Shown in pieces: positions 10,301 through 19,535 of a DNA stretch of 64,000 bases (position 1 is the first letter of the stretch; each line of letters starts with the position of its first letter). The translations under genes and the position numbers were made by a program. The stretch lies in IMG/VR virus record IMGVR_UViG_3300032308_001297, positions 98,365 to 162,364 of that record; one strand, written 5' to 3'. The DNA is from a virus. Under the pieces are notes generated by a model that did no database searches, was not told the origin of the DNA, and was given only the letters and a program-made list of their open reading frames with translations.

Positions 10301-13300
10301 TGAAACGATTTAATCCAGATGCATCAGGAACCTGAATGCTCTGAGTTTTCTGTTCTAATTGATTAAGAGTTGTGTAATATTCAAGCCTTTTAATTCTTTG
10401 ATCTAGCTGACCAATATCTTTCATTGTATAAACTCTATTAGAAAATAGAGATGTTCTTACAGCAAGATCTTTACGTCTATAAGTTTCAAGTTCTCTAGCA
10501 TTTAGAGTTGGGAATGGTGCAACATTAGCTGCAGCGATAACCATGGAATCAACGTCAGGGTTTGGCGCTTTTGGATCTTCAGTAGGAACGCCTTGAATAA
10601 CGCCAAGCTGTCCTTGTTGACTGATTGTAACGAGATCCATACGACCTAAGAAGTATTCAATATCAGCCTGGAAGTTTGAATCTGGTTCTGAAAGATATGA
10701 GAAAGTTCCGGAAACAAACGTATTTGTTATTGATGGGTTAACAGTCGCACCAGCCATAGTAGTTGAACTATTGGCAGTGTTAGCTTTATATGCACGGAAA
10801 TCTACAGAGTCTCTTAGATCGTAAGTAATATTTCCAGTTGTATATGTTGGTATTTCAGCCCAAGAAATTGTTGTATTAGTAACAGCTGAATTTATGGTTG
10901 GATACGAATCAACGGAGAAAAACCCAACGCCATTGTTCAAGTTAGCTGTAAAATGATCAACTTCAACTGTTAAATATGGAATTGAAGAAAGATAACCTCT
11001 ATATTCAGGTCTTAATGCTAATGTTCCGTGATCGTAGTAGTCGTCTTTTTGCCCAGAACCGAAAACGAAAAATCTAGTTATATTTTCAGCTGTTGTGTTT
11101 GAGTATGAAGAATTCGATGAACCCCAAACATTTCTTAACTTCAACAAATCAGGAAGACCAAGATTCCATGGCCCATTAAAACCGCCAGAATTGTTTGCTA
11201 AATTTAATTTAACATATCTATTTTTCTTTACGTCTTTCCTAGCCTGTGTAGCTTGGCTTCTTCTCATTTTATATTGAACAGACATAGCTGTTGACGTGGT
11301 GGTTAATGGCAGAGAAGAATTGGCAGAACCAGTGCTAATATCAAAAGTAGTAGAGCTAGTAATGTTTACATAACGACTGCCTGGATACGTAGCGTCAAGC
11401 GGAACTTCATAACCAACTGGATAGAACTTAGCAACGTTAGCAGAAGCGTTAGTGAACGCACAGTTTGCATCCATAAACATGACAGTGCTGTTTGTGGAAA
11501 CAATACGACGATAGTCCACAGTTCCACCAGAATTAAAAATCTTAACATATTCGCCATTAGCAAAATAAGTTGTTAAATTTGTTCCAGTTAATCTGTTATT
11601 TGAAGTGCTTACACCAAAAGAACCACCAACATTTACAGTAGCAGCGTTTGCTCTAAAAGTAACAATGAATTCGTTTTCTAAAGTGTCGCCTAACTGAAAT
11701 GGATAAGAACCACTATACCCTAGAGTATCAGAACCGCCAGTATAAGAAGAATTTGATGTTACGGATAGAATGCCTAAATTTGAAAGGTTAGAAGTAGATG
11801 TTGCTCTGAAATAAAACTCAGTAGCATTTACAGAACCATTAGAACTACGTAGAGTTCTTAATGCTTTCTTACCAAACGGGAACACAAGGTTTGTTCTGCC
11901 GCTCTGGTTAAGAATTGCAGTAGTAGAAGAATTAGCAATATCGGCTCTGAATTCACCATAAGTGTTAACTGCAGAATTAGCAACGATAGCTTTAGCGTCG
12001 TTTAGGAAACTTTTGCCGCTATTCATTGTAATATCAGTCAAGTAAACACGATAAGTTGTTCCTGGTAGACCTGGATCTCCTTCGTCATGAACAATCTGTT
12101 TTACTTTGGCTGTACCAATTTTACTACCATTTACTGTATAATCAGCAACACCAACAGAGATAGTTGATTGTTGAGTGTCGTATAGATCAACAGTAATAAA
12201 GTTGGAGAAATCAAGAGCTCCCATGACTTCGTTAGCGTATACGAAGTTGCCATAATTTGTGGTAATTACCTGAGAATTGGCTTCTCTAGTTGTAATAGCT
12301 TTGTTTGTATCGATTTTAAGAGAAGAAAGGAAATCTACTCTCTTACCGTGCACATAACCTGTACCAGAAGAAACTTCGTAAGAAAAGGCGTCAGTGTTTG
12401 AAGTGTTAGATGGATATGTTGCTTCGACTTGGAATGGCTTAATTACATAGTCGCCAGACTCTTCATAAGTTCTTTTATCAATATGATCGCCTAATTTTGA
12501 GTACGGATCATCTTGTCTGTTTAATACAATCTCATTAGTGATATTCGAGAATTCGAATACAATAAAGAAAGATTCGTTGTTAGCAATACTTGTTCTTAAA
12601 CGAGAAGTTAAAGATGGAACCAATTTCAAACGATGAGCGCCAGGAGCGTTTTCGTTTGAATAACCTAGAGCGTTATCTAGTAGGCTTTCGTCTTCGGTTT
12701 CAGTAACAATTGACTCGGTTGTTTCAAACCCAACAACATAATTCGCGACATTTGTATTATAATGATTAACTACGATTGTCTGACCATCAACTTTCTGGAA
12801 GAAACCTTTCTGGAAACACCATCCCTCTTCGATAGTTAATCCATAACCTTTACCGATGGCGTTGATTGTTGCATTAGTTGATATTACGTAAATAGAGTTA
12901 ATTAAATTATTAGAATTTATAGCCCCTAGTTTAGACTGATTTTGATTGTAGATTCTAATAAGTTCGCCATTAGCAAATGTAGTATTACCATTAACTCCTG
13001 TGTTTAGATATTTCACATGGAAGTGGTTAGTATCTGGATAATTTACCTCTAGACCTGCAGTTGTAACGAGAGCAACTGCACGAACATTTGAAGTTTGACC
13101 AACTAATAGACATTGGTTGTTTACGGCTGCGAATACACCATTAGCGTTAGCTGTGAAATTATCAACAACTCGAACGAAATCGAAACTTTTAATTGTGGTT
13201 GGAGAGCAACCGCTAATAACGCTACCATCGGTGAGAATTTTTGTACCAAATTTATCAATTTGGTTCTGGAGCATAGTCTGAAGCTGGGTTAATTCTCTAG

Positions 13301-13403
13301 CCTGAACTGCAACTGTTGGGCGAAATAAAATTCTATAGAATTTTTTGTTTTCGTCGAAATCATCAAAATAAGGGGATGTATTAAAATCAGTTTCTAAAGG
13401 CAT
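7392..13403 (-). CDS. Large virion structural protein (DUF4815/VrlC-like)
   Basis: PYFDDFDENKKFYRILFRP..QARELTQLQ N-terminus, APGAHRLK, DPIAQSF, PKIDDLRGIAL end. Confidence 0.85.
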   Translation of the reverse strand: MPLETDFNTSPYFDDFDENKKFYRILFRPTVAVQARELTQLQTMLQNQIDKFGTKILTDGSVISGCSPTTIKSFDFVRVVDNFTANANGVFAAVNNQCLLVGQTSNVRAVALVTTAGLEVNYPDTNHFHVKYLNTGVNGNTTFANGELIRIYNQNQSKLGAINSNNLINSIYVISTNATINAIGKGYGLTIEEGWCFQKGFFQKVDGQTIVVNHYNTNVANYVVGFETTESIVTETEDESLLDNALGYSNENAPGAHRLKLVPSLTSRLRTSIANNESFFIVFEFSNITNEIVLNRQDDPYSKLGDHIDKRTYEESGDYVIKPFQVEATYPSNTSNTDAFSYEVSSGTGYVHGKRVDFLSSLKIDTNKAITTREANSQVITTNYGNFVYANEVMGALDFSNFITVDLYDTQQSTISVGVADYTVNGSKIGTAKVKQIVHDEGDPGLPGTTYRVYLTDITMNSGKSFLNDAKAIVANSAVNTYGEFRADIANSSTTAILNQSGRTNLVFPFGKKALRTLRSSNGSVNATEFYFRATSTSNLSNLGILSVTSNSSYTGGSDTLGYSGSYPFQLGDTLENEFIVTFRANAATVNVGGSFGVSTSNNRLTGTNLTTYFANGEYVKIFNSGGTVDYRRIVSTNSTVMFMDANCAFTNASANVAKFYPVGYEVPLDATYPGSRYVNITSSTTFDISTGSANSSLPLTTTSTAMSVQYKMRRSQATQARKDVKKNRYVKLNLANNSGGFNGPWNLGLPDLLKLRNVWGSSNSSYSNTTAENITRFFVFGSGQKDDYYDHGTLALRPEYRGYLSSIPYLTVEVDHFTANLNNGVGFFSVDSYPTINSAVTNTTISWAEIPTYTTGNITYDLRDSVDFRAYKANTANSSTTMAGATVNPSITNTFVSGTFSYLSEPDSNFQADIEYFLGRMDLVTISQQGQLGVIQGVPTEDPKAPNPDVDSMVIAAANVAPFPTLNARELETYRRKDLAVRTSLFSNRVYTMKDIGQLDQRIKRLEYYTTLNQLEQKTQSIQVPDASGLNRFKNGIFADPMTSHLFAEASDEGYRWCIDIRQGHGRPTFTTKDIDLAFNNTTSTGVTLTGKLVTRPYSHEQYIFQPYATKYRNNNQDIWTWNGTLNLYPNYDMNKDETSIPNADAVLDLMQPFIELGEAGNIWGSHYGPWQVYAQSGNVYSGLWTYWQQLVTTHWYVPMTNTVELGRFLTDIAVQPYIKSKTIAFIATGVKPSSRMYAYFDETPVSAYCAPGSLNTSLGATASAIVSAAARTGRPDTAVNRTGNFGDPIFSDQFGNVFGVFNIPQGQFRVGERRFMIMDADSLVYGDDAALSKAVGTYVASNITTTSQEATITTITPDVRTCYSYNYTTTYFRDPIAQSFKVESPQQESGVFATKIDLFFKSKDANTGIRAIICGMNAGLPDNNKIFGWGRVDANNVSISDIANAATTIVFNDPIYLAGNTEYAFWVEPESSTPDYNMWVAEMGDFDTITGSQIGSNPYTGESFRSSNARTWTALPREDVKFNLYVANFTVGTGQAYFDNENDEFITYNSIALANSLVTPSSASGDEVYVINASSNAIINSPATIHGSLQSIDLANNQLILDSSTGNFSPAQKIGFFRFRTAGNTAEAAANLNTLIATANVVSIDDYAYHAIVPRFSTITPLGTAITTEFVGSSNSGIIDTTYSELEFDIEREMLDYERKIYSRSNEPGILGGNTKSLTIKNQLTCVQKYVSPAIDISRKGAKVINNTINFSSFGEDTGNGNALCRYISQPIVLADGQDSEDMKIYLSAYRPYNTDVEVYAKFLSASDPETLVDKDWTKLNNDSSELYCSPIDRYDFKEFVYTLPSSVGYSSYNVTANTTGVSNTSETIAIEAANSIFSVGNKVYYAVPASNTAIGGLTANSYYYVSFANSSAIAVANTPGGANVNITESRTGAGEVHTITGPVVHRAFANASNFGIIEYNSESGARYQDYKTFAIKIVLLSTSGVFVPKIDDLRGIALMV

Positions 13404-13420
13404 ATTTTGCTAACCCTATC

Positions 13421-14977
13421 TTATAACTTGATTACCAGTCTAAAAGTTTCCGACTGTGTGTTTGATCTTACTGTATTATTTATGTTCTGGATATACATTG
13501 TATAGATGTCTTGAGAGAAGATATCGCCTCTATCTTGTAAAGCAAAAGAAGTTACGACAGCGCCATTGGAGTTTTTAATATATTCTCCATCAACAAAATA
13601 TTTGTCTCCAACAAAATGTGCAACAGAGCCGTTTGACCAAACTATTGTGGCTCTAGCGTTACTAGTAGCGCCGATAATAACATCAGTATTAGTAAATGTA
13701 TAAGCTGGGGAACATGTTGCTATTCCAATCTGACTGAAGGTATTTGAACTATATCTTGAACCCTTAGATTGATTGTTTGCAATCAATGCGTATGGATTCT
13801 TAACTAGACCAATTTTATTATATGTGACATTTGAAGATATAGCGTTTGATTCAGTGTTTGAAAATGTAAAGGAAATCGATAATCCCTGCATATCCAATTC
13901 AATCGCAGGATCTTTACCATGACCTCCTGGTGGAGGAACGATAGGATAAACAGTAGCCCCCGAACCATATGATGAATTACTAACAACAACTGCATTAGCC
14001 CATGTAATAGAGGATCCTCTATCTAAACAAACCACAGAAGCGATAGAATTAGTTACAGCGTTAACGACTGTATAAGCTGTTGGGTTATTACCGCTAGCAG
14101 AATCACTGGTGAATAAAATTCTTGGAGAAATTTTATACAAAGAAGCGCCAGCAGTAATAGCAGCAGTGTTAGCTGCTGAATCTAAAGAAACTGTTCTTAC
14201 TGGTCCAGAAACTGTATAGTCTGTAATATTGAAAATTTGATATGAATTATTACTTGAACTGTAAATATAAATGCTGTTATTTACATAATGGCCTGGAATC
14301 GAAGAAGCATTAGCTTCAATAACCAAAGCTGTAGTATTTGTTACGCCCTGGATTGTGCCGTTATGATATGTTTCATACCCAGATCCACCAGTATTAACAA
14401 CAACAGTTTCAATTCCAGAATATGTTAAAGAAGAAGACTGAATAGTAGTGTTAGGGTAAATTGGACAATAATTAATAGTAGAAAATCTATCAAAATCTTC
14501 TGTTGAAACAGAAGCTACATATCTCCATTTATAACCATCTTCGGTAGTCTGGAAAGTTGTTGATTGAGTTGGAGTTCCTATGGATGCTGGATTTTTTATA
14601 GAAGCAGCGCCATTTGCATTGTCAATGCATTTGTAAAAATGATATGTTCCACCAATAGCTGTTGGAGGAGCGACTACATAAAACACACTATTAGACAAGT
14701 CTTTGGTGTTATCGTATCTATCATAAACTGTATTAGAATTCCAAACATACTTTTTTACTATAGGTGCGAAATTATTTGCTAATAATTTTTTACCAAATAA
14801 CATTTGCCAATCATTTATGAAATATTTTTCATAATCGTTATTTTCTATAGATGGTGTATCTCCTGGCCATGGTTCAGCGCCAGCTGCGAATGCATAATAA
14901 TGAGAAGTATTAGTTGAAACATTATCAACAATCTCGTCGTAAATAGCTTTTTTGAAAGACGGCGTTAGTTTTCCCAT
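13421..14977 (-). CDS. gp8: Baseplate wedge subunit gp8
   Basis: YKCIDN, DGYKWRY, PPGGHG motifs; synteny. Confidence 0.85.
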   Translation of the reverse strand: MGKLTPSFKKAIYDEIVDNVSTNTSHYYAFAAGAEPWPGDTPSIENNDYEKYFINDWQMLFGKKLLANNFAPIVKKYVWNSNTVYDRYDNTKDLSNSVFYVVAPPTAIGGTYHFYKCIDNANGAASIKNPASIGTPTQSTTFQTTEDGYKWRYVASVSTEDFDRFSTINYCPIYPNTTIQSSSLTYSGIETVVVNTGGSGYETYHNGTIQGVTNTTALVIEANASSIPGHYVNNSIYIYSSSNNSYQIFNITDYTVSGPVRTVSLDSAANTAAITAGASLYKISPRILFTSDSASGNNPTAYTVVNAVTNSIASVVCLDRGSSITWANAVVVSNSSYGSGATVYPIVPPPGGHGKDPAIELDMQGLSISFTFSNTESNAISSNVTYNKIGLVKNPYALIANNQSKGSRYSSNTFSQIGIATCSPAYTFTNTDVIIGATSNARATIVWSNGSVAHFVGDKYFVDGEYIKNSNGAVVTSFALQDRGDIFSQDIYTMYIQNINNTVRSNTQSETFRLVIKL

Positions 14978-16743
14978 TATTTGACATCCATTAAATATGA
15001 ACCATAAAGATTTGTGCCATCTGAAATGAACATTACAATATCTCTGGCGCCAGCAGTCGTAGTAAGTTCAGGTGCAACACCAGCAGTCCATTTAAATACA
15101 GAGTTCCAACTAATAGTTCTACTTCCAGGACTATCTTGAATCACGTGAAGAATATAATTTCCTATTTTTAGATTAGTTGGTGCAGCCATAGTTCTGTTAC
15201 CACCAAGAGTAACTGTTGCTACCTGACCCAATGCAGTGTTCCAATTAATAGTTGAACCGTCTGTTAAAGTCTGCGAAAGAACATTAGCTGCTGCAACACT
15301 TACCGTTCCGCCAAAATTAGTATTGGCGTTGAAATTGGCAACACCGTTACAATTAACTACGCCAGTGAAAGCAGAATTACCAGTAACATTCAAATTACCG
15401 CCAACGTTTGCCGTGCTAGATAAAGTGGCAGAGCCAGTAACAGAAATAGTGTTAGCAAAAGAAACATTTGATGTAATTGATGGTATAGTAACATTTGCAT
15501 TAAAAGATACAGTATTATTAAATTGAAAAATACCATAAACATTAACAGTAGCAGTATTGGTTATTGTTACGTTTGCTGCGAAAGAAGAAACATTTGATAC
15601 ATATGTTGGACCAAGAATATACAGATTAGTATTTGTAATTACGTTTGCGAAAAAGCTCGTGTTTCCAGTAAAAGTGGCTGCATTACTCCACGAGTAAAAT
15701 GCGCTCGTATTTACACCTGGAACGGTCGACCAATACACAGTCGATCCATTAGAAGTTAATAGCTGTCCAGCTGAACCTGTGGATCCATTGGCTTCTAGGA
15801 ATTTTGTATTAGGGATCACAAACCCAGAAGAGTTAATAACAAAACTATTAACAGAAATAGTATTGGCTTGAATTTCTTTATTAAAGATATGAGTATTGGA
15901 CCATATGAAATAGCCAGCTGTATTAACAGAGGCAACGCCAGGAGAAGACCAGTAAACTCTTGAACTACCGTCAGAAGTCAAATATTGACCAGCTGTACCG
16001 AGAGAACCATTGGCTTCAACAGGAAGAGCGTCGCCGAAAGAAAGCTGTGTGCTATTTACAACAAGTTTTCCACCAACTTGAACGACAGCTGCATTTACTG
16101 TTCCTGTGAAAACACCAGTGCTGTTTGCTACAGTACTGGTTCCAACAGTGTGAGAAGAAGAGTTTATAACTCCGGTATGATAGATACCAGTAGAATTAGC
16201 AATGAGATCAGAACCAACAGTATGCGCTGCAGAATTGACCGTTCCTGTATGGTACAAGCCAGTGCTATTCCCAATAAGGTTAGTGCCGACAGTATGAGAG
16301 GCTGCATTAATTACTCCTGTGTGATATACTCCTGTAGCATTACCAACAAGGTTAGATCCAACAGTGAAAGAAGCGGCGTTAGCAGAACCATTAACAGTAA
16401 GGACAGTAGAATTTACAAATAGGTAATTAGCGACGTTTGCAGTACCACCAACATTCAAGTTAGCCGAAGCGTTAACAAGGGTTGAATTAACGATTAAGCT
16501 ATTTGCTAAGTTTAAGAGGCTATTGTTGGCTGTAAATCTGACAGTAGAATTACCGAAATAGAAACCAACTGCATTAGATACAGAAGAATTTACAGTTGAA
16601 TTACCAACTGTGATCATACCAGAAGCTATGTAAGTGGTATAAATTTCTGTAAAATTATTATTGATTTTGATCATACCGTTTCGAACGGTATCACCAGTTC
16701 CATCGTTTGGCGCTGAACCTACGTTAACAACCTGTTGAGCCAA
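14977..16743 (-). CDS. Fibre/baseplate protein with gp9/gp10-like N-terminus
   Basis: NVGSAPNDGTGDTVR..KINNNFTEIY motif. Confidence 0.75.
   Translation of the reverse strand: MAQQVVNVGSAPNDGTGDTVRNGMIKINNNFTEIYTTYIASGMITVGNSTVNSSVSNAVGFYFGNSTVRFTANNSLLNLANSLIVNSTLVNASANLNVGGTANVANYLFVNSTVLTVNGSANAASFTVGSNLVGNATGVYHTGVINAASHTVGTNLIGNSTGLYHTGTVNSAAHTVGSDLIANSTGIYHTGVINSSSHTVGTSTVANSTGVFTGTVNAAVVQVGGKLVVNSTQLSFGDALPVEANGSLGTAGQYLTSDGSSRVYWSSPGVASVNTAGYFIWSNTHIFNKEIQANTISVNSFVINSSGFVIPNTKFLEANGSTGSAGQLLTSNGSTVYWSTVPGVNTSAFYSWSNAATFTGNTSFFANVITNTNLYILGPTYVSNVSSFAANVTITNTATVNVYGIFQFNNTVSFNANVTIPSITSNVSFANTISVTGSATLSSTANVGGNLNVTGNSAFTGVVNCNGVANFNANTNFGGTVSVAAANVLSQTLTDGSTINWNTALGQVATVTLGGNRTMAAPTNLKIGNYILHVIQDSPGSRTISWNSVFKWTAGVAPELTTTAGARDIVMFISDGTNLYGSYLMDVK
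16085..16375 (-). repeat. About four tandem 72-bp (24-aa) repeats SHTVG..IxNSTGxYHTGxxN
   Basis: Visible in the translation of 14977..16743. Confidence 0.8.
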
Positions 16744-16757
16744 TTTCTATCCCCTTA

Positions 16758-19535
16758 TTATGAAATTCTGTCTGTAGTGGTCGAAGAATCACAACGTAAT
16801 ATCGCACTCGAACACAAAAATTGATAACCAATTATGAGCGTGTCAGCCTGAGATGGTTCTTCTAGAATACCTAAAAGTTCTTCTTCTAGATTAATTAGTA
16901 GAAATTTACCAAATAATTCCGATCCAGAAGAATGAAAAGTTTCGTATAAAATATTCTTATATTTATCTAATGTTCTGGCGACTTGAATTTCGTAAGAATA
17001 ATCTTGATAATAATAACTGTCTTGGATATATTTATTTGAGTTTAAAAACCCTTGAGTGTTTATCCAATATCCTCTACCTCTACCAGATCCTCTTAGATTA
17101 ACTCTGCCTGTAATTTCTGCAGAAACATTAAAAGGAGCCAATGTAGCTTCTAAAAACGCTCCAGAACCATTAACTGTTTGGATAGATATTTTAGGAATAA
17201 CATCATAACCAGCGCCAGTTTCAGTTAAAGTTGTAGATATAATAGAACCGTTAGCGTCAGTGGTGATATAACCTTGAGAAGTCACAGAAGGGAAACCGCC
17301 CGAAAATATCAATTTTTCATTGTTAGCGTAACCCTGACCTGTTTGTAAAATACTAATAGTATTAGAAACCGCACCATAGAGGTAAGCCTTTACGTATTCT
17401 CCTTGAACGTAACCTTTACCAGAAGAAAACAATTTTACTTGTGCAACAACGCCAGCGCCGCCAGTATAGTTAGCGTCAATACTTGCATTCTCGCCGTATG
17501 TTTCACCTGCAGGGTTAGCCATTAAAGATTCGTAAGTTGCAAACTGCGAAGGAAGAATAGTTGGCATAACTCTATAGTTCGCAGAAGGTGTAGAATTTAA
17601 AGTTGGTTTTCCATACAAAAACATACTAGTAGAGTTAACAACTTGTCTTACAACTATTAGCTGTTTAGAGCTAGAAAGCGAACTATTGGCCTGAACCTGG
17701 ATAACACTATTACCGCTGAAGATAGTAGTAAATGCAGTATTGACACCAGTTATATAAGGTAAAAATGTAGCTTCAAATGCAGCACCAGAACCAGCAGAAT
17801 TACCGCCAGTAGAATTAGAAACAGTAATATTTGAAGTTGGTGCAGAGAAATTTGCTCCATAGTTTGATAGAATTATAGAAGTAATACCACCTGTAGCATT
17901 TGTAGTGACATTTGCTACGGCGTTTGTTCCAGTAGGATTGACAACAGTAACATAATCCGTGTTACTATAACCTGACATAGTTCCAGCAGCACCAATAGAG
18001 AAAACTCGAGTGTTTGTAGAACTATAAGAAACATTGCCTCTCATAGTGTTCGAAGCAAGAGTTGATCTTACGAATGTATTAGCTCTCTGTACGTAACTGT
18101 TACCAATACGAATGCTTGCAAGAGAAGAAATTTTACCAAAAACACTATTTGTGAAAGTTAAACACCCATTAGTAGTATTAACTGTATAAGAGAGTATTGA
18201 TGTATTTGTATTACCGTAAGCAGAACCATAAGCCACATTAGTAATCAATACAGTAGGAGTTGCGTTAACAAAAGCAGAACCATTATTAGATATAGTAAAA
18301 TAAAGAGCCCCACCAGTTGTATTTGTTACCATAGTTACTGTGGCATTAACTCCTCCTGGTTGATCGCTAACAAATACGATAACATCGTTATTGTTATAAC
18401 CTAATGGAGTTCCAGTGTATGAAATGGCGTTCAAACTTATGTTAGAGCCAATGGCGGAAACTATATTAGCTCCTGGATTATTAGGGAATCCATAAGAAGT
18501 AGCGTTAATAACTTTGTTAACATCAACCATATTACAAATAAGATCGGTGTTATAAGTTATGGTCTGAGGAGAAATAACAGAACCAATTTCAAAAGAAGCG
18601 CCTTGACCATAATTATCACGGAGACCTCTATATGTAAATGTAGAAGCGTTTGCAGTGTAACCCCAACCACCATCTAAAATATCAAAATAGATAGATCCAT
18701 AGCCAATAGCAATTTCACTGGCTTTAATTAAACCTTCAACGCCCTCTGAAATTCTTTGACCTGTTTCTAAATCATTTGATGCGATTTTAAATATCGATCC
18801 AATTTTAAAACCTTGACCGCCAGAGAAAACCTCAATGTTATCTAAAGAACCTAAATTGCGTGGAGCGGCGACAGTAGCCGAAGTATTAGCTTCTTGACCT
18901 TTTAAAACGATTGGTTCATCGATAGTAAATTCACCACCATATGGTCTTACATTAGTGATATAAAGAATACTAGAATTTTTACCGGAAAAATTTTCTCTTA
19001 CATAATTTTCCACTACAGCGGTTGTGCCTGATGTAATGCCTATGATAGTTTTTCCAACATAATCAGAAAGAACCAGAGAATCAGAAAGTTCTAGATATCT
19101 TGGTTCAACCCAAATACCATCTGAAGCTCTAAGAATATCTTTACCTGGAAGATAAATTTCAACGTCTTCTCCATAAACAAGTTTGAACAAAAGACGATAA
19201 CATTGAATTGTACCTTTTGAGCGGTAAACGTCAAGAATATGTTTTAGAAGGAATCTTTTACTTGTAATAGTTTTGAATGGGATACCATAAAGATATTTTT
19301 GTTGAAAGTGAGAAAGAAATTTAGTAAGAGTTTCGTCAATATCTCTGTAGCTTAAAAGTTCTCTCGTTTCTGCAATAGGTCCACCATCAGGAGTTTGATG
19401 TTCAATACTCTCTGTTTCCATCCATTCATAATATGCTTTTAAGAATAGGATAAAATTCTCGCCCTCTTCTTGATAGAAACGAGGTAATTGAGATTCAATA
19501 AAATTTGATATAAATTTTTCTTGTGAAAAATCCAT
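16758..19535 (-). CDS. gp7: Baseplate wedge initiator gp7-like
   Basis: FLKAYYEW, YRSKGT, IQDSYYYQDYSY motifs. Confidence 0.75.
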   Translation of the reverse strand: MDFSQEKFISNFIESQLPRFYQEEGENFILFLKAYYEWMETESIEHQTPDGGPIAETRELLSYRDIDETLTKFLSHFQQKYLYGIPFKTITSKRFLLKHILDVYRSKGTIQCYRLLFKLVYGEDVEIYLPGKDILRASDGIWVEPRYLELSDSLVLSDYVGKTIIGITSGTTAVVENYVRENFSGKNSSILYITNVRPYGGEFTIDEPIVLKGQEANTSATVAAPRNLGSLDNIEVFSGGQGFKIGSIFKIASNDLETGQRISEGVEGLIKASEIAIGYGSIYFDILDGGWGYTANASTFTYRGLRDNYGQGASFEIGSVISPQTITYNTDLICNMVDVNKVINATSYGFPNNPGANIVSAIGSNISLNAISYTGTPLGYNNNDVIVFVSDQPGGVNATVTMVTNTTGGALYFTISNNGSAFVNATPTVLITNVAYGSAYGNTNTSILSYTVNTTNGCLTFTNSVFGKISSLASIRIGNSYVQRANTFVRSTLASNTMRGNVSYSSTNTRVFSIGAAGTMSGYSNTDYVTVVNPTGTNAVANVTTNATGGITSIILSNYGANFSAPTSNITVSNSTGGNSAGSGAAFEATFLPYITGVNTAFTTIFSGNSVIQVQANSSLSSSKQLIVVRQVVNSTSMFLYGKPTLNSTPSANYRVMPTILPSQFATYESLMANPAGETYGENASIDANYTGGAGVVAQVKLFSSGKGYVQGEYVKAYLYGAVSNTISILQTGQGYANNEKLIFSGGFPSVTSQGYITTDANGSIISTTLTETGAGYDVIPKISIQTVNGSGAFLEATLAPFNVSAEITGRVNLRGSGRGRGYWINTQGFLNSNKYIQDSYYYQDYSYEIQVARTLDKYKNILYETFHSSGSELFGKFLLINLEEELLGILEEPSQADTLIIGYQFLCSSAILRCDSSTTTDRIS

